A stretch of 64,000 nt of DNA from an uncultured Chitinophaga sp. (GCA_966211525.1 CBIHOZ010000009.1:3901-67900); one strand, 5' to 3'; positions 31,337-42,311 are shown, counted from the first letter of the stretch. Made by a program: numbers and translations. The notes: a model not told the origin generated them from the letters alone.

Positions 31337-31367
31337 AAAAAAGGGCATCACACGTGATGCCCTTTTT
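31337..31367. terminator. Bidirectional terminator
   Basis: AAAAAGGGCATCAC-AC-GTGATGCCCTTTTT between convergent genes. Confidence 0.8.
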
Positions 31368-31393
31368 AGTATTCCATACTTATAATATATACT

Positions 31394-31864
31394 TTATGAC
31401 GATGTGCCCACCGGCTCATTCACCTGGTCGCTGCGTACCCAGTTCAGCAATACAAACGTTATGAACAGGCCGGAAAATATACCCTCCAGCAACACCATAA
31501 ACGAAGCTATATAGGCATTCAGATAAGGCCCCATCGGTTCGTGTTCAATTATATACTGCATCAGGTCATTATTGAAACGCAAAAACACAAACAGAAAGAG
31601 CGAAAAAGTGGATGCCCCAATTGCAGACGTTGCAACACCAATGGTAAGTCCACGGAAATAATTCAGGTGGCCATCGTGTGTTCGGGAATATTGCTTCATA
31701 GCATAATATACCCCTGCCAGCATAATCAACAGGTTGAGTAATCGTAACTCAATAACCTGCAGTAAACCTACCGCATACATTAAGAAAAAGTATACGATCA
31801 ATCCCAGTGCTATGAGTGTACCATATATTTCCGGGATACGAGTTGATCTGTTCCAGATATTCAT
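31394..31864 (-). CDS. DUF4199-like membrane protein (paralog 2)
   Basis: Four hydrophobic segments, LNYFRGL..G; clear paralog of 31957-32427. Confidence 0.75.
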   Translation of the reverse strand: MNIWNRSTRIPEIYGTLIALGLIVYFFLMYAVGLLQVIELRLLNLLIMLAGVYYAMKQYSRTHDGHLNYFRGLTIGVATSAIGASTFSLFLFVFLRFNNDLMQYIIEHEPMGPYLNAYIASFMVLLEGIFSGLFITFVLLNWVRSDQVNEPVGTSS

Positions 31865-31956
31865 ATAATCAAAGGATTGTTTATATGCTATCTGAAAATA
31901 TTATGCCCGCAATAAAGTCTGTTGGCCTGGCAGTGCGATGAGGAACATCCTACACG

Positions 31957-32427
31957 CTAACTTGATTTACCAATGGGTTGGTTTACTTCATCAGTGTGTA
32001 CCCAGTTGAGCAATACAAATGTTACCAGCAACCCTGAGAAAAATCCTTCGAGTACAACAATAAAGGCAGTCATGTAGGCATTGAGATAACGCCCCATCGG
32101 TTCTTTATCGATGATCGACTGCATCATTGCAGAATCAATCTTCATATAGAAGAAGAGAAATATACCGAAGAACAGCGAACCTACTCCGGCTGTTTCAACA
32201 CCGGTTATCAGACCTCTGAAATAGTTGAGGCGTTCCGTATGTGTCTCTTTGAATTTTTTAAGCGCAGCATATACCCCGGCCGTTAGAATGACAAGGTTAA
32301 GCAAGCGTAATTCAATGTGATGACTGAGGCCGGCAGCTTTCATAATAATGAAGTATAAAATCAGACCGGCGGCAATACGCAATCCATATTTTTCAGGAAT
32401 GCGATCAGGGTTAGATAGGAAACTCAT
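31957..32427 (-). CDS. DUF4199-like membrane protein (paralog 1)
   Basis: Same length (156 aa) and shared blocks IELRLLNL, LNYFRGL, EPMG.YLNAY. Confidence 0.75.
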   Translation of the reverse strand: MSFLSNPDRIPEKYGLRIAAGLILYFIIMKAAGLSHHIELRLLNLVILTAGVYAALKKFKETHTERLNYFRGLITGVETAGVGSLFFGIFLFFYMKIDSAMMQSIIDKEPMGRYLNAYMTAFIVVLEGFFSGLLVTFVLLNWVHTDEVNQPIGKSS

Positions 32428-32534
32428 ATATGATGCATTGTTAGGTATATATAAATTTTTCGATTTTTTATGATAATTGCAAACGTTTTCATTGGATATT
32501 TTGAACTACATTTACCATGCTAAACCTATAAACC

Positions 32535-33056
32535 ATGAAGAAGATATTACTCGGCCTTTTGGGTATTATTATCCTGTTAATCATTGTTGGATTTTTTCTT
32601 CCATCCAGAATTGAAGTCACCAGAAGTCTGACCATTCACGCATCACCGGAAGCAACTTTCGAGCAGGTTAATAATCTGAAAAACTGGGAGAAGTGGTCGT
32701 ACTGGTATTCATTGGATCCTACAACGAAATTAACCTATGGCGATCAACAAGCGGGTACAGGAGCGTGGTATAGCTGGACAAGCGAAGATATGGGACAAGG
32801 TAAATTAACCATTACCGAAAGTAATCCTTCTTCTGCCATTAAAGCTGATCTTGATTTTATGGAACAAGGCACTGCCAAATGCTGGTATACATTTGAACCG
32901 GTTAGCGACAGCACGAAAGTAACCATGGGTTTCTCAACCGAGTTTGGTATGAATCCTTTTATGCGCTGGATGGGTGCTACCATGTTTGAAAGCGAAATGA
33001 ACAAAGCATTTGATCACAACCTGAACAAGATCAAAGAGCTCACCGAAGGAAAGTAA
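32535..33056 (+). CDS. SRPBCC family protein
   Basis: VNNLKNWEKWSYW..DP, GAWYSW; N-terminal anchor. Confidence 0.8.
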   Translation: MKKILLGLLGIIILLIIVGFFLPSRIEVTRSLTIHASPEATFEQVNNLKNWEKWSYWYSLDPTTKLTYGDQQAGTGAWYSWTSEDMGQGKLTITESNPSSAIKADLDFMEQGTAKCWYTFEPVSDSTKVTMGFSTEFGMNPFMRWMGATMFESEMNKAFDHNLNKIKELTEGK

Positions 33057-33081
33057 ATATATCTAAACCTAAACCATACAG

Positions 33082-33125
33082 GCAGGAGGTATAGCGCGAG
33101 TCGCTTATACTTTCTGCTTTTTTTA
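33082..33125 (+). terminator. Intrinsic terminator
   Basis: Imperfect GCAGGAGGTATAGCG...CGCTTATACTTTCTGC stem followed by a T run. Confidence 0.6.
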
Positions 33126-33200
33126 TGTATTCCATTCAAAGCATTTGCGCTTTATACTTTAATCTTTTTGCTTTAGCTTGGCGCCTCTAAAGTTTATACC

Positions 33201-33488
33201 ATGACATTCGAAGATTTTAAGAACTCGCTTACGCAAACAAATCCACCCGCTGTAAGCGATCTTCTGAAAGCGCTTTGGTTTGAAGGAAAAGGCGATTGGG
33301 AATCTGCTCACAACATCGCACAGGATATTCATAACAATGATGGCTCGTGGATACATGCTTACCTGCATCGTGTAGAAGGCGACCTGGGTAATGCTTCTTA
33401 TTGGTACAGCAGAGCGAATCGTAAAATGCCGACATCGAGTTTAAAGGATGAGTGGAGTACTATTGTAAAAGAATTACTGGAACGATAG
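33201..33488 (+). CDS. Conserved hypothetical protein
   Basis: GDWESAHNIAQ, WIHAYLHRVEGDLGNASYWY, a widespread small protein of unknown function. Confidence 0.8.
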   Translation: MTFEDFKNSLTQTNPPAVSDLLKALWFEGKGDWESAHNIAQDIHNNDGSWIHAYLHRVEGDLGNASYWYSRANRKMPTSSLKDEWSTIVKELLER

Positions 33489-33495
33489 TATATGG

Positions 33496-34482
33496 CTATA
33501 TTTCATGCGCTCTGACTTTTATAGCAGGATCAGCTTTTTTAATCGCATCGAGTTCTCTTCTTCGAAGCTTTAACTCTTCTTCAGAAGGCTTATAAAAAAG
33601 TAACTCGCTTAAGTCGGGCTGGCCGGCATCTACCCACGCGGTATACCACATATCGGCAGTAAGTTTTATAGCAGCACGCATTCTTCGCTCTACCATGCCG
33701 TGTAGTATTTTATGATAGGCATCGGCATACTCTCTGGAATATACTTTCAACGTTTGCCTTCCTTTTGTTTCAAATGAATATTTATAGCTGATCAACGAAT
33801 CGGCTAAATGTTTTTCTTCCTTTAGCACAGAATCAACCGCCAGATGCGAGCCCTTCACTGCTTCCCACGCAGCCAGTTGCGGATTGACTATATACGTAGC
33901 TTTCCCTATAAAGAAATTATACTCATCCGAGAACAACTCCGGTAATCGTGATTCCCACAAAGCATGAATCCCCTCCTGCCCGGTAAGTTGTCCGTTATAG
34001 TTTTCGGTTGTATGCAGGGGTACGTGCGCATCGCCTATATAATGACCGATCTCAGCAGATATTTTCAGAATTTGGTCCGGGTCGCGAATCAGAAAAGCAT
34101 CTTTTAAACGATAGTACATCCGGTTAATGTGCCAGGGCAATATACCGTAAGACTTCAGGGTATCTTCGGTGAGTTGAGCAACGGCATCATTCCAATACCG
34201 TGGCAGAGTATAAATAGCACTATCGCCATAGTGGTCCAGATCTATATAGTGTCGCGGAGCTTCATCCACTACCGTAAACCGTCTTCGGTCGGGATTAACA
34301 GATGCCTCAGTAATATACCCTATATTCGCTTTGTAGAATCCGATCATTTCGGGTGGCAATGCAAATACCGCCAAACGGTTTATGCGCTGATGCCCGAAAA
34401 AGCCCCAGCCACCAAACAGGAAGAATATACCGATAAAAACAAGACGCTTGCTATAGCAATAAATAGCCGACAACTTTAACAT
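33496..34482 (-). CDS. S1/P1 nuclease / zinc-dependent phospholipase C family
   Basis: WGFFGH, HYIDLD, GHYIGDAHVPLH, HALWES. Confidence 0.82.
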   Translation of the reverse strand: MLKLSAIYCYSKRLVFIGIFFLFGGWGFFGHQRINRLAVFALPPEMIGFYKANIGYITEASVNPDRRRFTVVDEAPRHYIDLDHYGDSAIYTLPRYWNDAVAQLTEDTLKSYGILPWHINRMYYRLKDAFLIRDPDQILKISAEIGHYIGDAHVPLHTTENYNGQLTGQEGIHALWESRLPELFSDEYNFFIGKATYIVNPQLAAWEAVKGSHLAVDSVLKEEKHLADSLISYKYSFETKGRQTLKVYSREYADAYHKILHGMVERRMRAAIKLTADMWYTAWVDAGQPDLSELLFYKPSEEELKLRRRELDAIKKADPAIKVRAHEI

Positions 34483-34536
34483 ACAACGGAGAAGAATTAT
34501 ACTTGCAAGGCCAAGTTACACAAAATATACATCGCA

Positions 34537-36168
34537 ATGAAAAACCTCACCACCCTATTCGTCATTTTACTCGTTGCCGTAAATCTCTATGGTAAGGATT
34601 ATCCGAAAAATGAAAACATCGACATCCGGAAATATAGCTTTGAATTAACCCTGCACGACTCGATCGATGTGGTTGAAGGCAGAGCCACCATAACTATATT
34701 TTTCAAAAAGCAGGTAAATGACTTCGAACTCGACCTGGTAAATAAAGATGCTAACGGAGCAGGCATGGACGTGACAGCTGTTACCGTAGAGAATAACCCG
34801 GTAAAATTCACACATCAAAACGACCGGCTGAAAATTATACTTTCAACGCCTGCTAAAGCCACATCTACCAGTAATATTATCGTAACGTATAAAGGCATAC
34901 CGCGCGATGGTCTTATCATCTCCAAGAATAAATATGGAGATCGCACGTTCTTTGGCGATAACTGGCCGAACCGTGCGCATCACTGGTTGCCTACTATTGA
35001 TCATCCATATGATAAAGCCGCTGTTGATTTTATAGTTACCGCTCCGCCTAAATATGAAGTGATCGGCAACGGTGTCAAGATTGAAGAAAGTTATTTAGGC
35101 AACCGAAAGAAATTAACACACTGGCATGAAGAAACAGAACTCGCTACTAAAGTAATGGTAATTGGTGCTGCACGTTTTGCTATACAGCAGAGTGGCATGG
35201 TAAATGGTTTTGAAGTAACAAGCTGGGTATATCCGCAAAATCGCGAAGAAGGTTTCGATTCCTATAAATATGCACCTCGCATTCTTGATTTCTTTCATGC
35301 ACATATAGGGCCATATTCCTATAAGAAACTTGCCAACGTTCAATCCAAAACACGCTATGGCGGAATGGAGAATGCTAGCAATATTTTTTACTTTGAAAAC
35401 TCAGTCGCTATAGGACCTGATGCTGATGGCAACGCCAACAAAATTGAATCACTTGTAGCGCATGAAATAGCACACCAATGGTTTGGTAACTCAGCATCTG
35501 AAACAGACTGGCATCACATATGGCTGAGTGAAGGCTTTGCTTCTTACCTGACACATCTATATATGGAGTTTACGTACGGGCGCGATCGCATGACGGAAGA
35601 GCTTCGCGATGACCGTCAGCGGGTGATCGAATTTTATCAGAAAACAAAACTCCCGGTTGTGTTTCCGTCACTCCCCGAAAACCTGATTGAAATTCTGAGT
35701 GTGAACTCGTATCAAAAAGGAAGCTGGGTGTTACACATGCTTCGCGCTGAAGTTGGTGATGAAGCTTTCTGGAAAGGTCTTCGGGATTATTATAGAATAT
35801 ACCGGAACAGCAACGCCTCCACTGAAAATTTCAAAAAGGTAATGCAGGAGGCTTCCGGAAAATCGCTGGATGTTTTCTTTAATCAGTGGCTTTACAAACC
35901 TGGTCATCCGGTGCTCGAGTGGAACTGGACGTACGATTCAAAAAGTCAGTCTTTAGAAGTTACAGTAGATCAAACACAATCCGGAGATGTTTTCAATGTA
36001 CCGCTGGAGTTAGGATTTTATGATGCGAACCAGACATTACTTCACGTTGAGACCGTACGTCTTGATAAAAAATCAAATAAATTCAGCATTAAAATGGGCC
36101 GAAAACCCGCGAAAATCGAGCTTGATCCTAATACTAACCTGCTTTATTTGGCGAAACTGAAGAATTGA
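34537..36168 (+). CDS. M1 family aminopeptidase
   Basis: GGMEN, HEIAH...WLSEG, YQKGSWVLHMLR. Confidence 0.92.
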   Translation: MKNLTTLFVILLVAVNLYGKDYPKNENIDIRKYSFELTLHDSIDVVEGRATITIFFKKQVNDFELDLVNKDANGAGMDVTAVTVENNPVKFTHQNDRLKIILSTPAKATSTSNIIVTYKGIPRDGLIISKNKYGDRTFFGDNWPNRAHHWLPTIDHPYDKAAVDFIVTAPPKYEVIGNGVKIEESYLGNRKKLTHWHEETELATKVMVIGAARFAIQQSGMVNGFEVTSWVYPQNREEGFDSYKYAPRILDFFHAHIGPYSYKKLANVQSKTRYGGMENASNIFYFENSVAIGPDADGNANKIESLVAHEIAHQWFGNSASETDWHHIWLSEGFASYLTHLYMEFTYGRDRMTEELRDDRQRVIEFYQKTKLPVVFPSLPENLIEILSVNSYQKGSWVLHMLRAEVGDEAFWKGLRDYYRIYRNSNASTENFKKVMQEASGKSLDVFFNQWLYKPGHPVLEWNWTYDSKSQSLEVTVDQTQSGDVFNVPLELGFYDANQTLLHVETVRLDKKSNKFSIKMGRKPAKIELDPNTNLLYLAKLKN

Positions 36169-36203
36169 TTGAGCGCAGGCATTGCAAATCCGGCAAAAGC
36201 CCT

Positions 36204-36211
36204 TACCTTTG
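36204..36211 (+). promoter_or_regulatory. Sigma70 -7 element (TACCTTTG) of rpsT
   Basis: TAnnTTTG consensus with TTG about 20 nt upstream. Confidence 0.7.
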
Positions 36212-36234
36212 CAGTCCTTATTTGAAAACGAACT

Positions 36235-36489
36235 ATGGCAAACCATAAGTCAGCAGAAAAAAGAATCCGTGCGAATGAAATTAAGCGTGTAAGAAACCGC
36301 TACCAGCACAAGACTACGCGTTCATTTATCAAAAGACTGAAGTCTGCAACTGCGAAGACTGAAGCTCTGGGTCTTTTGAAAGAAGTTTCTTCGATGATCG
36401 ATAAACTTGCTAAGAAGAATATCATTCATTGGAAAAAAGCTGCGAACCAAAAGTCTAAGCTTACCAAGCTAGTTAACAAACTCGCTTAA
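36235..36489 (+). CDS. rpsT: 30S ribosomal protein S20
   Basis: MANHKSAEKRIR...IHWKKAANQKSKL. Confidence 0.97.
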   Translation: MANHKSAEKRIRANEIKRVRNRYQHKTTRSFIKRLKSATAKTEALGLLKEVSSMIDKLAKKNIIHWKKAANQKSKLTKLVNKLA

Positions 36490-36521
36490 GAACTTACGTT
36501 CTTAACGGTCTATACTATAGA

Positions 36522-36554
36522 GACCCCGCTTCACCAAGCGGGGTTTTACTTTTT
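36522..36554 (+). terminator. rpsT terminator
   Basis: ACCCCGCTT-CACC-AAGCGGGGT followed by a T-rich tail. Confidence 0.8.
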
Positions 36555-36648
36555 GTACCTGACGCACAATGTTATAGGTTAAAATGTGGCTTCTCGCTGG
36601 AGAGGTTATTTCAAGGTTCAAACATTTTTATAGCTTTGTGCTAAACCG

Positions 36649-37356
36649 TTGTATAGTATGCAGATTCTGGAAGAGAAAACTCTTGGTATCAAGAGCTGGT
36701 CGCCCGAAGACCGTCCTCGTGAAAAATTAATTCTTAAAGGCAGAGCATCACTTTCTGATGCAGAACTTATTGCAATTCTTCTTGGCACCGGCACAGCAAC
36801 GATGAGTGCCGTTGATCTTGCCAAGCGAATTTTACTTTGCGCTGATAACAACATCAACAGGCTTGCACAGCTTACCGTGAAGGATCTTGTGAAGATAAAA
36901 GGTGTAGGTGAAGCTAAAGCAATCACCATCATTGCAGCACTCGAACTTGGCCGAAGACGAAAGAGCAATGATGCCGATAAACCGACTATCACGTCTTCAC
37001 AGCATGCGTTCGATGTGCTAAAGTCTGATCTCACCGATATACCACACGAAGAATTCTGGACCATTTTACTCAACCGCGGCAATCGCGTTATAAAAAAACA
37101 GAAGATAAGTTTAGGTGGTGTGGCGGGTACAGTGGCCGATCCAAAGATCATTTTCAAACTTGCCCTCGATGAGTTAGCCTGCGGCATTATACTGGCACAC
37201 AATCATCCTTCCGGAAATCTCGATGCCAGTGTTGCCGATCTTGACCTGACGAGAAAATTAAAAGAAGGCGCCCGGCTGCTCGACATCCAAATCCTTGATC
37301 ACCTGATCATTGCTGAGAACCGATACTTCAGCTTTGCTGATGAAGGATTGCTTTGA
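36649..37356 (+). CDS. radC: RadC/JAB domain protein (full-length chromosomal type)
   Basis: RPREKL, LSDAELIAILL, AHNHPSG, ILDHLII. Confidence 0.92.
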   Translation: MYSMQILEEKTLGIKSWSPEDRPREKLILKGRASLSDAELIAILLGTGTATMSAVDLAKRILLCADNNINRLAQLTVKDLVKIKGVGEAKAITIIAALELGRRRKSNDADKPTITSSQHAFDVLKSDLTDIPHEEFWTILLNRGNRVIKKQKISLGGVAGTVADPKIIFKLALDELACGIILAHNHPSGNLDASVADLDLTRKLKEGARLLDIQILDHLIIAENRYFSFADEGLL

Positions 37357-37484
37357 TCGATCTGCTCACAATAATTTTTCGCTTTTAACATTGAATAACT
37401 TAGTCCGCAGAGTTTACTGCGGAGTATAAGTAAGGGCACAGTTTTTACGTTTCCTTACTTGTTTCTAAGTTTGAAGCTGTTAAG

Positions 37485-38750
37485 ATGAAAAAGAAACGCT
37501 CTCTCCTCATCGTGTTACTGATCATTACTTTGCCCTTGCTGCTGGCACAAGTGTGGAAAGAGAATGAAGAAACACGTGAGCCGGCACCCGCGCCAGCTCC
37601 GCCAACGGTAAAGCCATACGTCAACCCGGTGTTTGCAAGTTTCATGAGCGATTACGAGCGGGAGATCGAAACACTTCTGCATGTATCGGGTATACCCGGA
37701 GCTGCTATTGCTGTTGTTAAAGATTCATCGATCATCTATATAAAGGGCTTTGGTGTAAAGTCTGCTGGCAAAACAGATTCTATAGATGTAAACACTGTTT
37801 TCCGTATAGCATCCGTATCAAAATGTTTTGCAGCGTTTCTTACCGGAACGTTAGTAGCGGATAGCACTTTAAGATGGGACGATCCGGTAATTAAATATGT
37901 ACCTTCCTTTGCACTCAAGTCGCCAGAATATACTAGGCTTCTTACGTTACGCCACGTGCTATCACATACTACAGGTTTACCCTACCACACCTATACCAAC
38001 CTGGTTGAAGAAGGTATTGACTTACCATCACTTCTAGAGAAGGTGAAAGATGTTAATGTTCCCAATCCTCCCGGCACACAGTATAGCTATCAAAATGTAG
38101 CCTATAGCGTCATTGGTGAAGTGATCAACGCAGCCACACACAAAACATACGATGCACTGATGAAAGAGCGTGTATTCACTCCGTTGAATATGGCTACTGC
38201 ATCCATGGACTATACCAGTCTCATAACCAACGAAAACATTGCGCGCCCGCACCTGATGAGGCGCGGCCAGTGGCGTGAAGCCTCCATCAACAATACATAC
38301 TATAATGTAGCACCTGCCGGTGGCGTCAACGCCAGTATAACAGACATGGCGAACTGGATGATTGCGCTACTCGGAAACCGCGAAGACGTTATCACCAAAG
38401 AAACACTCAACCAGTTATTCACACCACAAATTAAAGCTCCCTCTAAAAACAGAAACTACGGACGTACAAACCACGTAAGCAGTTCATACTATGGCCTTGG
38501 ATGGCGTATACTATATTACCCTGACGATACATTGGTATACCACGGTGGCTATGTAAACGGATATCGAAGTGAAGTAGCGGTAAACATGAAAGATCACATT
38601 GCCATTTGCCTGCTATCTAACGGACCCGGTATAGTTGCCGACACCGGTATACCTGTATTTCTGAATATGTATAAAGCGCATCGCGATTCGATACTCGCAT
38701 ACGACAACCGGCAACGCCTGACCCTTACGAAGAACTCTCCTACTCCATGA
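37485..38750 (+). CDS. Serine hydrolase (beta-lactamase/AmpC-like family)
   Basis: ASVSK (SxxK), YSYQN, HGG motifs. Confidence 0.85.
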   Translation: MKKKRSLLIVLLIITLPLLLAQVWKENEETREPAPAPAPPTVKPYVNPVFASFMSDYEREIETLLHVSGIPGAAIAVVKDSSIIYIKGFGVKSAGKTDSIDVNTVFRIASVSKCFAAFLTGTLVADSTLRWDDPVIKYVPSFALKSPEYTRLLTLRHVLSHTTGLPYHTYTNLVEEGIDLPSLLEKVKDVNVPNPPGTQYSYQNVAYSVIGEVINAATHKTYDALMKERVFTPLNMATASMDYTSLITNENIARPHLMRRGQWREASINNTYYNVAPAGGVNASITDMANWMIALLGNREDVITKETLNQLFTPQIKAPSKNRNYGRTNHVSSSYYGLGWRILYYPDDTLVYHGGYVNGYRSEVAVNMKDHIAICLLSNGPGIVADTGIPVFLNMYKAHRDSILAYDNRQRLTLTKNSPTP

Positions 38751-39367
38751 AGAAACAAAGTATATTTATCATCGCCATTGTTATTGTAATTATTGTTAGT
38801 CTGCTGTATTCTTTTTTAGGAAGCAACGATCAGTCTGCCTACATTGAAGAGATCAGGAAAGAGCGCGAAGAGAAAGATCACTTCATGCGAACGTCTAAAG
38901 AATCTCCGTTTGCCGGTAAGACCGAAAGTTTTAAAGGTTTGAAATATTACGATGCAGACATCCGCTATAAAATCACAGCCGATCTCACTCCTATACAAAA
39001 CAAAAAAGTTGTCCTGCTCAGCACGAGCGATGGTAAAGAAGAGCGCTACGTTGAGTATGCTTATGCTGAGTTTGATCTCAACGGCTATCACAACAAACTG
39101 CTGATACTGGAGATGATCGACATCGGCCCTGTGCGCGGTAAACTCTTTCTTCCGTTTGGCGATGAAACCAGCGCAGGCGAAACCTACGGAGCCGGCCGTT
39201 ACCTCGATGTAGAAAAAGTGCAGGGCAGCAATACCATTACACTGGATTTTAATAAGGCCTATAATCCTTATTGTGCTTACGCAGAGGAGTTTTCGTGTCC
39301 ATTTCCACCCGCTGAAAATTTATTGAAAGTTGCTATACGCGCAGGCGAGAAAGTTTATCACAATTGA
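38747..39367 (+). CDS. DUF1684 family protein
   Basis: FLPFGDETS..ETYGAGRYL, DFNKAYNPYCAY...CP.PP.EN. Confidence 0.88.
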   Translation: MKKQSIFIIAIVIVIIVSLLYSFLGSNDQSAYIEEIRKEREEKDHFMRTSKESPFAGKTESFKGLKYYDADIRYKITADLTPIQNKKVVLLSTSDGKEERYVEYAYAEFDLNGYHNKLLILEMIDIGPVRGKLFLPFGDETSAGETYGAGRYLDVEKVQGSNTITLDFNKAYNPYCAYAEEFSCPFPPAENLLKVAIRAGEKVYHN

Positions 39368-39479
39368 ATCACCTTTTTTGATCTTTCACTTTAGTCAGTT
39401 CGGGCTAAACGCTTATTTTTGAAGTCTTAATTTATGTTACCCGAATAATGTTGTTCCGGGTAGCTTTACAAACAGACTT

Positions 39480-41894
39480 ATGACCATTTCGTACAACTGG
39501 CTGAAAGAATACATCGATATCCCTGAATCGGCAGAGGACATTGGAAAAGTGCTTACCTCTACCGGACTTGAAGTTGAGAAAGTAGAAGAGCATGAAACCG
39601 TTAAAGGCGGACTAAAGGGATTGGTGATCGGCACCGTAGTTACCTGTGCCAAGCACCCCAATGCAGATAAACTTTCAGTTACTACTGTTGATGTTGGTGG
39701 AGATAAAATTCTTCCCATCGTATGTGGTGCTCCCAACGTAGCGGCTGGTCAGCGTGTTGTAGTAGCCGTGCCGGGCACAACGGTATATCCGAGCAAGGGC
39801 GAACCGTTCACCATCAAGAACGCCAAGATTCGTGGCGAACAATCTGAAGGAATGATCTGCGCTGAAGATGAAGTTGGTTTAGGAGAAAGTCATGCAGGTA
39901 TCATGGTATTGAAAACTGATGTACCGAACGGGACACCTGCGGCACAGTACTTCAAAATTCAATCAGACTATATACTTGAAATTGGTTTAACACCGAACCG
40001 TGCTGATGCTGCATCACACATTGGTGTAGTGCGCGATATAAAAGCTTCAAAGAACAGAGCTATAAAATTACCTTCGGTTGATTCATTCAAGGTTGATAAC
40101 AAGAACCTGGTTATACCGGTTGAGGTTGAGAACAAAGAAGCTTGTCCGCGTTACTCAGGACTCACTATATCGGGTATAAAAGTTACCGAGTCGCCTGACT
40201 GGTTGAAGAACCGTTTGCTGTCAATCGGTCTCACTCCGATCAATAACATTGTTGATATCACAAACTATATCTGCCACGAATTCGGGCAACCGATGCACGC
40301 GTTCGATGCAGACCAAATCACCGGTGGTAAAGTAATTGTAAAGACACTTCCTGCGGGTTCCAAATTCACTACGCTCGATAACAAAGAGCGCACCCTGCTT
40401 GCCAACGACCTGATGATCTGCAACGCGCAGGAAAGTATGTGTATAGCCGGTGTATTTGGTGGAACGAAATCAGGCATCACAGAGAACACCAAGAATATAT
40501 TCCTGGAGAGCGCATACTTCTCGGCCGACTATATCCGTAAAACGTCACTGCATCACCAGTTGAAGACTGATGCATCGTTCCGTTTCGAGCGTGGCACCGA
40601 TCCTAACATTACGGTATATGCGTTGAAGCGTGCTGCGTTACTGGTAAAAGAACTTGCCGGAGGACAAATCTCTTCCGACATCGTTGATATATACCCGACA
40701 CCAATTGAGAACAGAGTATTCGAGGTAAAGGATAAAAACATTCATCGCCTCATCGGTAAAGTTATACCACGTGATGAAATGTTTGGTATTCTCGAACGAT
40801 TGGACATTAAGATCACAGCTAAAACAGACGATACATTTACGGTATCTGTTCCGCCTTATCGTGTAGATGTTTTACAGGAAGCCGATATAACCGAAGAGAT
40901 ACTTCGCATTTATGGTTTCAACAACATCGAACTATCGGATACAGCGAGTACCGATTACCTGGCAGAGTTTCCGGTTAAGAGTATCGATAAGTATAAACGC
41001 AACATTGGCGAGATGCTGATCGGTAATGGCTTCTATGAAATCTGGACCAACTCACTTACCAATCAATCGTACCAGGAAAAGAACAAACTTACCTTTAAAG
41101 GTGAAGCAGTTGAGATATTGAACAAGCTGAGCGAAGAGCAAGGTATACTTCGCCAGACTTTATTGTTCACCGGCCTCGAGGTGTGTGCCTATAACATTAA
41201 CCGCAAGCAGAAAGACCTGAAGCTATACGAGTTCGGCAAGATATACTATAAGGAAGCCGGTAAGTATAACGAAGAAGAGCGCCTGGTGCTGTTCATGACC
41301 GGCAATGTTGAAACTGAAAACTGGCGACATAAAACGCAGTCTGTTACGTATTACGACCTGGCACAGCAAGTACAACATGTATTGCAGAAGAGCGGGGTTA
41401 CAAATGTGAAACAGGAGACGATTAAAGATCAATTGCTGGAATACGGCTCAAAACTTTTAAGGGGTAACGAAGAAATTGGCAAGCTTGGAAAAGTAAAACC
41501 TGCATTGCTGAAAGATTTTGGAGTGAAGCAGGAAATATTTTATGCAGAGCTAAATACGTCCTTGCTTTTCCAGGCGGCAAACCCTAAGTTAGTAATTAAA
41601 GAAGTTGCAAAGTTTCCTGAAGTAAGGCGTGACTTGTCGCTTGTACTCGACAAGCAGGTAAACTTCAACGAGATAAGCAACGTAGTACTGAATACAGAGA
41701 AGCGGCTCATCAAGAACATCATCGCGTTTGATGTATACGAAGGCGAGAATATCCCGCAAGGTAAAAAAGCGTATGCGCTTGGCTTTACCCTGCTGGATGA
41801 AACCAAGACGCTTACCGATGATGAGATCGACAAGACAATGAACCGCCTGATGAAAGCGTTTGAGGATAAGCTCGGTGCTGTTATCAGGAAGTAA
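39480..41894 (+). CDS. pheT: Phenylalanine-tRNA ligase beta subunit
   Basis: HPNADKL, VCGAPNV, TPNRADA, RFERG, FPEVRRDLSL. Confidence 0.97.
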   Translation: MTISYNWLKEYIDIPESAEDIGKVLTSTGLEVEKVEEHETVKGGLKGLVIGTVVTCAKHPNADKLSVTTVDVGGDKILPIVCGAPNVAAGQRVVVAVPGTTVYPSKGEPFTIKNAKIRGEQSEGMICAEDEVGLGESHAGIMVLKTDVPNGTPAAQYFKIQSDYILEIGLTPNRADAASHIGVVRDIKASKNRAIKLPSVDSFKVDNKNLVIPVEVENKEACPRYSGLTISGIKVTESPDWLKNRLLSIGLTPINNIVDITNYICHEFGQPMHAFDADQITGGKVIVKTLPAGSKFTTLDNKERTLLANDLMICNAQESMCIAGVFGGTKSGITENTKNIFLESAYFSADYIRKTSLHHQLKTDASFRFERGTDPNITVYALKRAALLVKELAGGQISSDIVDIYPTPIENRVFEVKDKNIHRLIGKVIPRDEMFGILERLDIKITAKTDDTFTVSVPPYRVDVLQEADITEEILRIYGFNNIELSDTASTDYLAEFPVKSIDKYKRNIGEMLIGNGFYEIWTNSLTNQSYQEKNKLTFKGEAVEILNKLSEEQGILRQTLLFTGLEVCAYNINRKQKDLKLYEFGKIYYKEAGKYNEEERLVLFMTGNVETENWRHKTQSVTYYDLAQQVQHVLQKSGVTNVKQETIKDQLLEYGSKLLRGNEEIGKLGKVKPALLKDFGVKQEIFYAELNTSLLFQAANPKLVIKEVAKFPEVRRDLSLVLDKQVNFNEISNVVLNTEKRLIKNIIAFDVYEGENIPQGKKAYALGFTLLDETKTLTDDEIDKTMNRLMKAFEDKLGAVIRK

Positions 41895-42014
41895 ATTTTA
41901 ACGCATAGATCAACGGCATAGAGCGGCAGCTATAGCAGGCTATACTGCAGCTTCGAACGATAACTGTAATTACCAACGGCTATAAGGGCTAAACCCTCGG
42001 CGAAAAGAACGGAA

Positions 42015-42311
42015 ATGGATCAAGAACTCTTAAAGTCTAATCTTACGGGGTTAGAGCGAAAAATTGTGGTGCTCATTAACGAGCACAAAAATCTGAAAGA
42101 GGAAATAAAGAACCTGAAAGCCGAAAATCAGGAGCTGAAGTCTGCAATTAAAGTCCGCGATGAGCAAATCAGCAGTTTTCATAATCAACTGAAAATCACT
42201 AAAATTGTGGATAATTTAAACCCGGAAGACGGAAGTGTTCTGGAGTTAAAGAAAAAAGTGGACGAATACATTCGTGAGATAGACAAGTGCATCGCTCACT
42301 TAAGCAGATAA
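42015..42311 (+). CDS. Coiled-coil protein (ZapB-like position)
   Basis: Coiled coil ending EIDKCIAHL; lies between pheT and zapA. Confidence 0.75.
   Translation: MDQELLKSNLTGLERKIVVLINEHKNLKEEIKNLKAENQELKSAIKVRDEQISSFHNQLKITKIVDNLNPEDGSVLELKKKVDEYIREIDKCIAHLSR

Noticed and set aside
36649-37356. radC as a marker of a mobile element
   Set aside because: Full-length form among core genes (rpsT, pheT), 7 kb from the island.
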